NCBI GenBank assembly: GCA_964468655.1
Contig: CAYXUG010000002.1
Span: forward strand, 920 to 64,919
Reading direction: 5' to 3'
Source: an uncultured bacterium
Lineage (GTDB): Bacteria > Fidelibacterota > Marinisomatia > Marinisomatales > CAYXUG01
Length of the DNA stretch: 64,000 nt
Position numbers and translations under genes: made by a program. Positions 1 to 9,400 of this stretch are shown piece by piece (within the stretch, counting starts at the first letter, position 1; every line of letters starts with the position of its first letter). Below the pieces are notes generated by a model that had not been told where the DNA came from, did not search any database, and worked only from the letters and a program-made list of their open reading frames with translations.

Positions 1-389
1 ATAAATTCTTGATCATTAGGAAATTCTTGTGTATAAAAACCATAATGATTTGGCACTGCAAACTCAACCAAGCCCGTATTGATGATTTCCCCTAAGATTA
101 GTAATGGATCAGAATTATCTGGAATTTTGAGATCATATACTCTTACTATATTCACTCGTACAAATTCCAATTCTAAGAAATTTAACAGGTCGTTAATCTT
201 GGATTGCGTCACACTTTCTAAGAATCGAACCGATATTATTGAGTTATTTACTGGGAATTGTCGCCCATCTTGAATTTGATACCATTGTCCATTGAGGTAT
301 TCATATTGGAAGTTGTTCAAAACCATTGTTTGAGCATTTATTGAACTAATAATGCATGCAAGTATTAAAACCATTAACTTCTTATTCAT
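1..389 (-). CDS. secreted protein, N-terminal fragment (gene runs off window start); possibly the pro-region of a subtilisin-type peptidase
   Basis: Not in the ORF track because it has no stop in the window. Hand translation of the minus strand from the ATG (rc of 387-389) gives MNKKLMVLILACIISSINAQ (signal peptide) ... FAVPNHYGFYTQEFPNDQEF. GGAGG (rc of 396-400) lies 6 nt upstream. The PND..F motif is typical just before S8 catalytic domains, so the product call is weak. Confidence 0.5.
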   Translation of the reverse strand, partial: MNKKLMVLILACIISSINAQTMVLNNFQYEYLNGQWYQIQDGRQFPVNNSIISVRFLESVTQSKINDLLNFLELEFVRVNIVRVYDLKIPDNSDPLLILGEIINTGLVEFAVPNHYGFYTQEFPNDQEF

Positions 390-457
390 TTTAGTCCTCC
401 TTTTTTTGGGTTTATTTTGTTATTGAATTGATTCCAATCAAATTATCTATCAGCACC

Positions 458-2767
458 TTATTTTAAGAAAACAAGTTTTTTTGTAATTGAATATTTTTTG
501 TTATTGATTCTCATTAGATAAATACCACTTGTAACTGTTGCACCTGTATCATTTGTACCATTCCACTTTAACTGATGATACCCGCTCAAAAAGGGTTGAT
601 TAGATAAATTCCTTAACAGTTGCCCTTTAATATTGTAAATCCCGATATCTAATTCCATAAGCTCATGAGTAATGAAGGAAATGACTGTTTCATCATTAAA
701 TGGGTTGGGATAGGCGGGGAATAACTCAATTATGTCTGGTTGAATATTAGATTCAATCGTACTGTCTATATTGAGTAAAAGGCTATCTCTTACCCATACG
801 CCACCGCCATGGGTGGCAACATAGATTTTATTCATGGAAGGTACATAATCAACACCAGTTGTACGTGGGTTATAGGGTCCCTGGATTTCATTCCATGAAT
901 TACCCGAATCCAGACTGTGAAATATACCTTCATCCCTGGTAGCGAGTAGGATATGGGAATTGTTTAATGGGTCCATAGAAACGAAATAGCGACCTTCAGA
1001 TGGTATATCTTCCCCTAAAGATTGGAAATCTTCTGCTCCATTGTAGGAAACCTTAATATCACCAATTATTCCTACGTAAATGGTATTTGAAAATATAGGG
1101 TCAATTATTATTGAATTAACTCCACCTACATTAGGAGTATTATACCATTGAATGCCGCCATTAGTCGTCTTATAAAAATAACCACCCCCGATATATATGG
1201 TTTGTGGATTATTTTTATCTGTTTCTATGTCTAATATGAATTGACCCAAAGGTGCAAACGAAAACACCCAATCATTGCCGTAGTTTTCACTTTTATATAA
1301 TGAGGCACCATAAAAATAGGAACCCACAAATAATATGTTTGGGTCCACTGGGTTAATATCTATTGCTGTAATAGTGCCCATAATATTCCCGCGTATATCC
1401 TGCCACGTCTCACCACCATCATAACTTCTCATAAGTTCACTACCACCCCAATACACGGTATCGGTGTTTATGGGATTGATAGCTATGTTCATAACTTCCG
1501 AAGTGTTTATACGAATCCAGTTTTCACCTCCATCCACACTTTTCCATAAACCCTGAAAACCACCGGCAAATATTATATCTGGATTCTGGGGGTTTACTTT
1601 AATATCGTAGATGTAGCTATTGACCATACCGTTTTCTTTTATTTCAACGGAATTACCACCATCATTGGATTTAAAAACACCGGAATAAGTACCGAAGTAA
1701 ACTGTCTCTGTATTCAGCGGGTTGGATGCAATATTTGGACCATACCCAGGCTTTATTCCATTGGCAGGTGAGGAAAGTGCGATTGGAAGTTCCTGCCAAC
1801 TTTCACCATAATCAGGTGATTTATAAACCGTATTATCCTCATCAAGAGCACCTTGTACCGCATAAAGATTCCAGTCAGCGTCTGCATATAAACCCGTAAT
1901 CCAAAGCCAAGGGTCAAATGATGTTGGGTAATGAGTCCACTCATTACCTTGATCATTTGAATATGTCAACACCCAATCTTCCCAGCCAGTGTAAGCGATT
2001 CCCCAGAAATTCTGGTTATCTATTGGGTTAATCTGTAAATCAAATATTGGCATGCCATCAGAAACAGTTTCCCATTGGTAGCCGCCATCTATACTCCGTA
2101 ATAGTCCCCATGGAGGGTCCCCGGCACTCCAAATTCCTACATACATTGTTTCACTATTGTACAGTTCATTAGTAATTGTTGTAATTTGAAATGTGGAACC
2201 GTGGGGGACGCCCTCTACTAGTTCCCAAGTTACCCCACCATTTAAACTACGATATAAACCACCATTTGGTGAATCAAGACCGCAATATATAATAGATGAA
2301 TTTTCTGGATGAAGCCACAAGTTAGAAACAATGGCGCTATCAGGGAGTCCTACATTTGTGGTAACCCAATTTTCACCACCATTATAAGATTGAATAATAC
2401 CAGAACCAATAGTGCCGGCCAAGATATGAGTTGTATTTGAAGCATCAATTCTAATAAGTGTTACCGGGAAATAATCTCCATACCACCAACTTGGTAAAAA
2501 ATGACTAGCAATTTCGGAGTTATTTGTTAAAGGAAACTCATTATTAATCAAGAACCAATTTTCACCATTATCTGTGCTTTTGTACAAACCTTTACCAAAG
2601 GTACCGGCATAAATAGTAGTTGTATCAACCAGGTTATGTACTAAAGCTGTTATGAAACCACCGAAGGGTCCATTATTTGACCAAGATTGAGAATTTATTA
2701 CCCCAATTAGAACTAGGAACAAACACACAGTGATAAAAGTTTTGTGAGGCTTGATGAGATTAATCAT
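458..2767 (-). CDS. secreted BNR/Asp-box repeat beta-propeller protein with T9SS-type C-terminal sorting domain
   Basis: 769-aa ORF with an N-terminal signal peptide. It carries at least 11 SxDxGxxW-type boxes (STDNGENW, SYNGGENW, SLNGGVTW, SIDGGYQW, SNDQGNEW, SPDYGESW, SVDGGENW, SYDGGETW, SENYGNDW, TTNGGIQW, SLDSGNSW). The C-terminus (FPAYPNPFNDETVISF...GIYLMRI...KKLVFLK) resembles T9SS type A CTDs. Confidence 0.8.
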   Translation of the reverse strand: MINLIKPHKTFITVCLFLVLIGVINSQSWSNNGPFGGFITALVHNLVDTTTIYAGTFGKGLYKSTDNGENWFLINNEFPLTNNSEIASHFLPSWWYGDYFPVTLIRIDASNTTHILAGTIGSGIIQSYNGGENWVTTNVGLPDSAIVSNLWLHPENSSIIYCGLDSPNGGLYRSLNGGVTWELVEGVPHGSTFQITTITNELYNSETMYVGIWSAGDPPWGLLRSIDGGYQWETVSDGMPIFDLQINPIDNQNFWGIAYTGWEDWVLTYSNDQGNEWTHYPTSFDPWLWITGLYADADWNLYAVQGALDEDNTVYKSPDYGESWQELPIALSSPANGIKPGYGPNIASNPLNTETVYFGTYSGVFKSNDGGNSVEIKENGMVNSYIYDIKVNPQNPDIIFAGGFQGLWKSVDGGENWIRINTSEVMNIAINPINTDTVYWGGSELMRSYDGGETWQDIRGNIMGTITAIDINPVDPNILFVGSYFYGASLYKSENYGNDWVFSFAPLGQFILDIETDKNNPQTIYIGGGYFYKTTNGGIQWYNTPNVGGVNSIIIDPIFSNTIYVGIIGDIKVSYNGAEDFQSLGEDIPSEGRYFVSMDPLNNSHILLATRDEGIFHSLDSGNSWNEIQGPYNPRTTGVDYVPSMNKIYVATHGGGVWVRDSLLLNIDSTIESNIQPDIIELFPAYPNPFNDETVISFITHELMELDIGIYNIKGQLLRNLSNQPFLSGYHQLKWNGTNDTGATVTSGIYLMRINNKKYSITKKLVFLK

Positions 2768-2908
2768 TTAGCACATATACTTTTTCTATATTTACAATAA
2801 AAGAAATTAACTAGGTTCGAGAAAAACCTTGTTGATAAAAGGTAAAATAATACTATACTTTACTAAGCTTTTTTACTTCTTACTGTCAGATTTCTCTTCA
2901 ACCGCCAC

Positions 2909-3391
2909 CTATTGCCAGATGCCTTCAACCTCCATCCAGGTGTACCGCTCTACGCCTTCTTCCTTGTGGACTGAAATTTCAACCGGTTTTAATGAGTCGG
3001 CAGAGGCGCCTGTCATAAAAATATCAATATCGTAAACCGTGCCTTTGGCTGTTTCAAAATCTGCGCAGACAAAATAGGTATTGTCCCCAAGATTGGCCAG
3101 ACGGTCTTTGTGAATTTTTTGCAGTGTCAAAGATAAAACTTCCTCTTTTTCTTCATCATTCATCTGGAATGCACCTTTAGTTTTTTTTGATTCATCCTTA
3201 ACAAACTGTTTAACTGCATCTGCAAGATTGTCCTTGGTAACAGCTACGGTGGAAAGTTTAACAGGATGTTCCGCCGGATGTTCAGCGGGGTGTTCTTTGG
3301 GGTGCTCAGTGGGGTGTTCCTTAGGATGTTCCTGAGCTGTATTGAATGAGATTAGAGAGAAAAAAGTGAAAATGATTATAAGGTGTTTCAT
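2909..3391 (-). CDS. secreted His/Pro-repeat (EHPx)x6 protein, copy 1 (paralog of 4762-5280)
   Basis: The start is moved to MKHLIIIFTFF (ATG rc of 3389-3391), with AGGAGA upstream. A signal peptide is followed by EHPKEHPTEHPKEHPAEHPAEHP and a ~125-aa globular part. By eye it is ~88% identical to the 4762-5280 product. It ends at a TAG where copy 2 reads on. Confidence 0.65.
   Translation of the reverse strand: MKHLIIIFTFFSLISFNTAQEHPKEHPTEHPKEHPAEHPAEHPVKLSTVAVTKDNLADAVKQFVKDESKKTKGAFQMNDEEKEEVLSLTLQKIHKDRLANLGDNTYFVCADFETAKGTVYDIDIFMTGASADSLKPVEISVHKEEGVERYTWMEVEGIWQ
3260..3331. repeat. six tandem 12-nt units encoding (EHPx)6 in copy 1
   Basis: Codons for residues 21-44 of the 2909-3391 product. 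The 12-nt periodicity is visible in gaacatcc/gagcaccc/gaacaccc units. Confidence 0.7.
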
Positions 3392-3550
3392 GTCTGTTTC
3401 TCCTGATATGTTTGTTGAAAGTACCAAAAGGAATAAAAGGGTTCAAGTTTTACTGTAAACTTTTTTAGGGGAAGTCCAGTAATCAATATATTGATTCTGT
3501 TTCTATTTACAGATTTCATAATACCCTTAAACTCTGTTCTCTTTTGGTAA

Positions 3551-4753
3551 CTACTTGTAGACAAAAACACCTGTCGGTTCAGAATAGTAAAGAAATCCTG
3601 TGCCAATATATAGAGCACTATTTTCTTCCTCATAGAGTATTGCTCCTATGAATGAATTGTTGGGGAACTGTAAATCAGACCAGCTTAAACCCCCGTCCTC
3701 CGTTTCCAATACTGTGCTATTTACCGCTGTATAGAGATGCCCTGACTGGGTCTCATCTTCCTCTAAAAGGGCAAAACCATACTCATACGTTAATAATGGA
3801 TAATTCCAATTATCACCACCATCTATAGTCTTAATGATGAGGGACGATAAGGCAACGTACACCATTTCAGGATCGAAAGGATCTGAGACTATACCGAGAA
3901 TTGGATGAAAAATGTCAGGTATGCCTGCTTCATAGAGATCAAAGTTTTCCCAGGAAAAGCCAAAATCTGTAGATTATTTCAACCCAGACATCCCCCAAGC
4001 ATCAATACCCCCGACCCATATGATATTCTCGCCTAATGGGTGGTACGACAATGAATAAATTTCAAAACCAACTGCTGAGATATATTCCCACGTATCACCA
4101 AAATCCTCTGAATAGCTCAATCCATTATCTCCCGTATAAATCCTTGTTTGCGTTTGCATGAACAAATGAGGTGTGCCATCATCTTCAAGACCAAACCAGG
4201 TCTCACCACTATCCACTGTTTTATATATGGGATTTGCATTATCACCTCTAAATATAACCAGCATCATCTGAGAATCATCATAGTTCACTACCATATCTTT
4301 AACACCTGAACCCTCAGTAGAGCCCATATCCTCTAATGACATTCCAAGGTATTCCCATTCCGGCTCTCCGGTCTCCACATTCAGCCGCCACAAACCATCA
4401 GGTCCTGCGCAGGCATACAGGTAAGGCGGATACAGGCGTAATTCCAGTATGATTTTGTCCTCCAGCCCCAATGAATACCACTGTTTAATCCCTAAAACAA
4501 CTTCAACCATTATATTGACATCCACTATATTGATTTCATCATCTCCATTCATATCACCCGCCCAGTGTTCATATTCGGTAGGATCGGGAGGAATCTCTAA
4601 TATGATATTAACAGTGCGAACGATGTCTAAAACATCTGTTATTCCGTCGTTGTTCAGGTCACCCAGTGTCAGAGCATGGGTGAATGAGATGAAAATAACA
4701 GTTCCCAATATTCCCTGGGTAAATTTTTCAGTATAAAAAATTTTATACCTCAC
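3551..4753 (-). pseudogene. dockerin-repeat + BNR/Asp-box propeller protein, split by a single frameshift (fragments 3974-4753 and 3551-4001)
   Basis: The upstream fragment has a signal/TM, two dockerin-like Ca-binding repeats (GDLNNDGITDVLDIV, GDMNGDDEINIVDV) and Asp-boxes (TVDSGETW, SEDFGDTW). The downstream frame stays open across the upstream stop back to 4001 and continues with ...DPFDPEMVYVALSS, TIDGGDNW, TEDGGLSW. A C5 run at 3992-3996 lies in the 25-nt overlap window. One extra base there joins the two frames. Confidence 0.5.
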
Positions 4754-4761
4754 AAAGTTAT

Positions 4762-5280
4762 TTATTGTTTACCGTCAGATTCTTCCTCAACCGCCACCTT
4801 ATGCCAGATGCCTTCAACCTCCATCCAGGTGTACCGCTCCACGCCTTCTTCCTTGTGGACTGAAATTTCAACCGGTTTCAGTGAATCGGCAGAGGCGCCT
4901 TCCATAAAAATATCAATGTCGTAAACTTTTCCTTTGGGTGTTTCAAAATCGGCACAGACAAAGTAGGTGTTATCCCCAAGATTGGCAAGACGGTCTTTGT
5001 GAATTTTTTGCAAAGCCAATGACAGAACCTCCTCCTTCTCTTCATCATTCACCTGAAATACTCCCTCGGTCTTTTTTGATTCCTCCTTTACAAACCGCGT
5101 AACTGCGTCGGCTAAATTATCTTTCGTAACAGCAACAGTGGAAAGTTTAACAGGATGTTCCGCTGGGTGTTCAGCGGGATGCTCAACAGGATGTTCTTTG
5201 GGGTGCTCGGATGGATGTTCCTGCGCCAGATTTATTGAAATAAATGAGAAGAATGTAAAAATTGTTAAAAGGTGTTTCAT
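4762..5280 (-). CDS. secreted His/Pro-repeat (EHPx)x6 protein, copy 2
   Basis: 172-aa ORF. It begins MKHLLTIFTFFSFISINLAQ, then EHPSEHPKEHPVEHPAEHPAEHP, then a conserved globular part. AGGAGA lies upstream of the ATG. The C-terminal tail HKVAVEEESDGKQ is intact. Confidence 0.7.
   Translation of the reverse strand: MKHLLTIFTFFSFISINLAQEHPSEHPKEHPVEHPAEHPAEHPVKLSTVAVTKDNLADAVTRFVKEESKKTEGVFQVNDEEKEEVLSLALQKIHKDRLANLGDNTYFVCADFETPKGKVYDIDIFMEGASADSLKPVEISVHKEEGVERYTWMEVEGIWHKVAVEEESDGKQ
5149..5220. repeat. six tandem 12-nt units encoding (EHPx)6 in copy 2
   Basis: Codons for residues 21-44 of the 4762-5280 product. Confidence 0.7.
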
Positions 5281-5400
5281 TTTTTATATCTCCTAATATT
5301 TTGTTCAAAAATACTAATTTGAGTTCAATGGTACAAGTTTTTACTATAAAAATTATTCTGTTTGTGAAATTTCTCTTTTAGGGTCGTAATTTCCGGTATT

Positions 5401-6372
5401 ATGAAAATTGGCAATTTGAACATCAGCAATCCGGTCTTTCTTGCTCCTATGGCAGGCGTGACGGATTACCCGTTCCGCATTCTCTGCAGGGAACAGGGCG
5501 CTGGAATGGTCTATACCGAATTTGTTTCTGCTGATGGTATTATACGTGAGAACGCAAAAACGCTTGATCTCATTCGTTTTGAGGAGGAGGAACGTCCTAT
5601 CGGGATTCAGATATTTGGTAATTCTGCAGACGTCATGGCTGAAGCGGCAAAATATGTGGATGAAAAATTCAAACCAGATTTAATTGATATCAATTATGGT
5701 TGCCCGGTGCCTAAAGTGACCAAAAAAGGCGCCGGTTCTGCGGCGTTGAAAGACCTTTGTGTCATGGATGAAATTACACTTGCGGTTGTGGAAGCGGTAC
5801 CACATTTGCCTGTTACAGTAAAGATGCGCGCAGGGTGGAGCAAAGATAATATTGTGGTTCCGGAAGCAGGAAAAAGATTAGAACAAATGGGAGTAAAAGC
5901 CATTGCTCTTCACCCCAGAACGACTGTCCAATCTTACACAGGCAGCGCCGATTGGGGTCTTATTCGAAAACTGAAAGAAGAGGTTTCTATTCCGGTCATT
6001 GGTAACGGGGATGTCCACATGCCGGTAGATGTTATCCGAATGTTTGAAGAAACCGGTTGTGATGCTGTGATGGTGGCGAGAGGCGCATTAGGCAATCCAT
6101 GGTTTTTCAGAAATGCCTTGAGATTGCTTAACGGAAAACAGCCACTAATTACTTCCATTCTCAGAGTACGGATCGAAACCTGCCTGCGTCATTTGGAATT
6201 GCTCATCAAGTACCGGGGCGAAAGAACGGGCATTAATCTAATGCGGAAACATTTCGGCTGGTATTTAAAGGGATTTCCGGGCGCGGCAGATGCCAGAAAG
6301 ACACTTGTGAGTGCAAAGGGTTTGAGTGAAATGAAAGCAGAATTGGACCGGTTGTTAGCGGGAGAACGGTAA
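5401..6372 (+). CDS. dus: tRNA-dihydrouridine synthase
   Basis: 323 aa. The N-terminus LAPMAGVTDYPFRILCREQGAGMVYTEFVSADGI, the NYGCPVPKV motif (catalytic Cys region) and HPRT... are typical of the Dus family (DusB-like). Confidence 0.9.
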   Translation: MKIGNLNISNPVFLAPMAGVTDYPFRILCREQGAGMVYTEFVSADGIIRENAKTLDLIRFEEEERPIGIQIFGNSADVMAEAAKYVDEKFKPDLIDINYGCPVPKVTKKGAGSAALKDLCVMDEITLAVVEAVPHLPVTVKMRAGWSKDNIVVPEAGKRLEQMGVKAIALHPRTTVQSYTGSADWGLIRKLKEEVSIPVIGNGDVHMPVDVIRMFEETGCDAVMVARGALGNPWFFRNALRLLNGKQPLITSILRVRIETCLRHLELLIKYRGERTGINLMRKHFGWYLKGFPGAADARKTLVSAKGLSEMKAELDRLLAGER

Positions 6373-6406
6373 CAACAATTTGAATACGCTACTGCCTGAT
6401 CAGGTT

Positions 6407-9400
6407 TTATTGAATCGCAGAAACACCTACCGAAAATAGAATACCAACAAACGCCAGAAGAATCGGCCAGCTTGTGGAGACAAACTGCTGAGAAGCGGGA
6501 TCCTCAAAAACGTGTACCCTGAATTCGTGCGAGGTAGCAGCGCCACGCTCATCTACCGCAGACAGAACAATATCGTGAACGCCCTTTTGATTAATACGCG
6601 GTTTCCACTGGAGTAAACCCGTTTTACTGTCAAAAGACGCATACTTCGGCAGTTTTATTGCACGGTATTTAACTTTATCTCCATTTAGGTCTTCAGTTAT
6701 AAATCTATATCGGTATTCAAAATTTGAAAGTGCAACTGGCTTCGGTTCTGTAGTAACAGAGGGGGGAATGTTGACAAATATTTTTGATTCCTGGATATCA
6801 TTATTGTATCCATCTGATACTTTTACTGCCATCAGATTACTGTTAATCTGCGTTGATGTAGGGCGCCAGGTTATTTTCCCCAGCCGGTTAATCTGCATTC
6901 CCTTGGGCGCTTTTACCAGTTCGTAGCTTATATCTTTATTTCTGTTTTTATCTTCAACGACAACCTGATATTTGTAAAGTTTATCCACCCGCGCTTTCCT
7001 TGGAGATGTTGAAACGATGGTGGGCGGATGGTTTACATAAATTTCATAACTTTGTTCATCTCTTGTAAATCCGTCTGAAACCAAAAATGTTATTTTATGC
7101 TGGTCATATTGTCTTTGTGAAGGTGCCCAGGTGATGGTACCTGATAATTCATCAACAAACATGCCGTCAGGGAAATCAATGAGTGTATATCTTTTTATTG
7201 GCACTTGCTCTACAACTACCTTTGGTGGTTTGCCCTTGTTTCCTTCAAAAAAGTGCCACAGGACATCTTTAATCCTTACCCATCTACCACCGAATCTTTT
7301 GGTAACTACGATCAATCTGTCATCTTCATAAAAGATATTTTTGATGAACTTTTTTAAATTGGCCCTCGAAACGGACCCTTCATCTGATTTCTCAGAAATG
7401 GTTCTGTCCGGCAGTTCAATTAAAATGGATTTCTTATTTTTGAATTCACCGATATACCGCTGAATATTATCCAGATATACATCATCTTCTATGATAATAG
7501 AATAAACCTTTGTTTCATCAACATCTTCAATTTCTGTAATGTTAGAAAAAGGCATTAATGCGCCGGGATTCATATCCTCTGTTGAAATTTTATAGGTATA
7601 TGTTTTTCCAACGGAAGCTAAAGTCATGGGCTCAGAAACGATATGAATATTTGCATTGACATAAAATTTGAACGATTTTTCAATGACAGTTCGTCCATCG
7701 GTGATTTCAATAACAGCTGTTGAAAAATCAAGATTTTCCTCTAAGGGAACCCAAACGAGGAGTCCAGTAGATGGATCTATTCTCATTCCGGGAGGCATTT
7801 CCAAGGGGGCATACCTTATAATATCAAATTCGTTAGGATCCTTAACAACCAATTGAAATTCAAATGTATCTCTCAGCGCGATATAGGTCATGGGATCGGG
7901 GATTGATTTCAAGACAGGCGGGTGGTTGACAAAAATGGCAACTTCCTGAGTATCTGCCGCAATACCATGGTTCACAGCAATAAAATATTTTTGCGTATCG
8001 ACCTGTGTGCTTTGTGGTATCCATGTGATTTTACCAATGTTATCAACCATCATGCCATAAGGAGGGTTCATAAGGGTGTATTTCAATTCTTTCTGCTTGT
8101 CTTCAGGTATTCTAACTTCAAGCTGATATTCATATTTTTCATCTACTGTTGCTTCAATCTCAGTCTGAGAAGTGATGACTACCTGTCCTCTGGAATACAG
8201 TTTAAATGTTTGAACACCCCTGTCGAAACCGTCTGAAACAACAACCCTTACACCATAGATATTGATGTGGGAATCATTTGTCTGCCATGTGAGGAGACCA
8301 TCCTTATTCACTGTCATTCCTTCAGGTCCTTTTTCTACAGTATATCTTAGAAAAGCATCTTTATTTTTATCGACAGATTCGAATTGATAGCTGAACGGAC
8401 TTCCCGCAACGAATTCAGTTTCACCGGGTGAAGAAATAATCTGCGGCGGGTCATTCACATAAATCCAGAATTTCTGTTCCGAAGTTGCAAGCTCTGGCAC
8501 TACCTGATAAGTAACTGTCGTGTCAACTTCGGCTGCAATGACTTCGATGGTTTCCCCAACCTTCATTTTTGCAAGAAAGCTCAACTCGTAAGCTCCTAAC
8601 TGACTTTCATCCGGCACCCATTCTATTGATCGTGTTTCATAATGAAAATACATACCCCTTGGAGGAGAGCCCAGCCAGCGGAAACTGAAAAATTCTCTGT
8701 CATCTTCTTCGGGAATTGTATAAGCAAAAGTCTGATGTACAGGCAGAATGTAGGTTGGTAAAATTCCCAGCGGCAGTAGCTGGCCTTCTGCGGGATATGC
8801 CGAGGGTGGCTCTTCAATGACCGTTTCTTTTTTACTTTCGGCGATATATGTGTCCATAGGTATTTCTTCCTGGTATTCCGGAACATGACCAAGTTCAAAA
8901 TAAAAAACTTCACTTTCATTGCCTGTCCAACCCCCAGCAATTACTGTGCCAAGGTAAATGCCATCAATAATCTCGGGTATGGCTGTGAAAATCTGGGCAC
9001 CTGTTTCAGTATTTCCAATTGAATAAGGTTGCTGCAGTGGGCTGCCACCTGCTGCGCCACCATAGACCAGTGTAATAATACCCTGCTGACCGCTCACAAA
9101 TAACAGGTCACCAAATCCATCCTGATTAAAATCCGATTGTTTCAAATCAGACAGAGGCCCCGTATTTATTCCCAATTCCCTGACGAACACAGCTTCCTTT
9201 ACTATTCCAATTGAAACGACGTGACCTGATTGGAAGGGAATAAGCAGTTCATCCTGATTATCACCTGCCCAATCCAGTTTAACGGTTGAATTGGAAATGG
9301 GTACTGACATTCCAGGTATTCGCCGCAGATGAGATGGACCTAATATCAACCGACCGTTTTGGTTAATGAAAATCTGAATTCTCAGAACATTTCTTTCGGG

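Larger units (their letters stand above)
2874..3520. repeat. dispersed duplication, copy 1 (His/Pro-repeat gene plus ~100 nt of upstream leader/promoter)
   Basis: Long nucleotide stretches are near-identical to 4762-5375, for example ccagatgccttcaacctccatccaggtgtaccgctc.acgccttcttccttgtggactgaaatttcaaccggtt. The upstream blocks ttcaagttttactgtaaa and gattctgtttc also match. Boundaries are approximate. Confidence 0.7.
4762..5375. repeat. dispersed duplication, copy 2
   Basis: Counterpart of 2874-3520. Boundaries are approximate and aligned by eye. Confidence 0.7.

Noticed and set aside
79-273. 64-aa plus-strand ORF at the window start
   Set aside because: It lies antisense to a much better minus-strand coding frame (1-389) that has a signal peptide and an SD. 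Its composition is low-complexity and shadow-like.
6395-6404. Palindrome CCTGATCAGG plus TTTTATT between the convergent dus gene and the giant surface-protein gene, considered as a terminator
   Set aside because: It is a perfect palindrome with no loop and only a 4-5 bp effective stem, which is too weak to call. It could be a restriction or regulatory site, but there is no supporting evidence.
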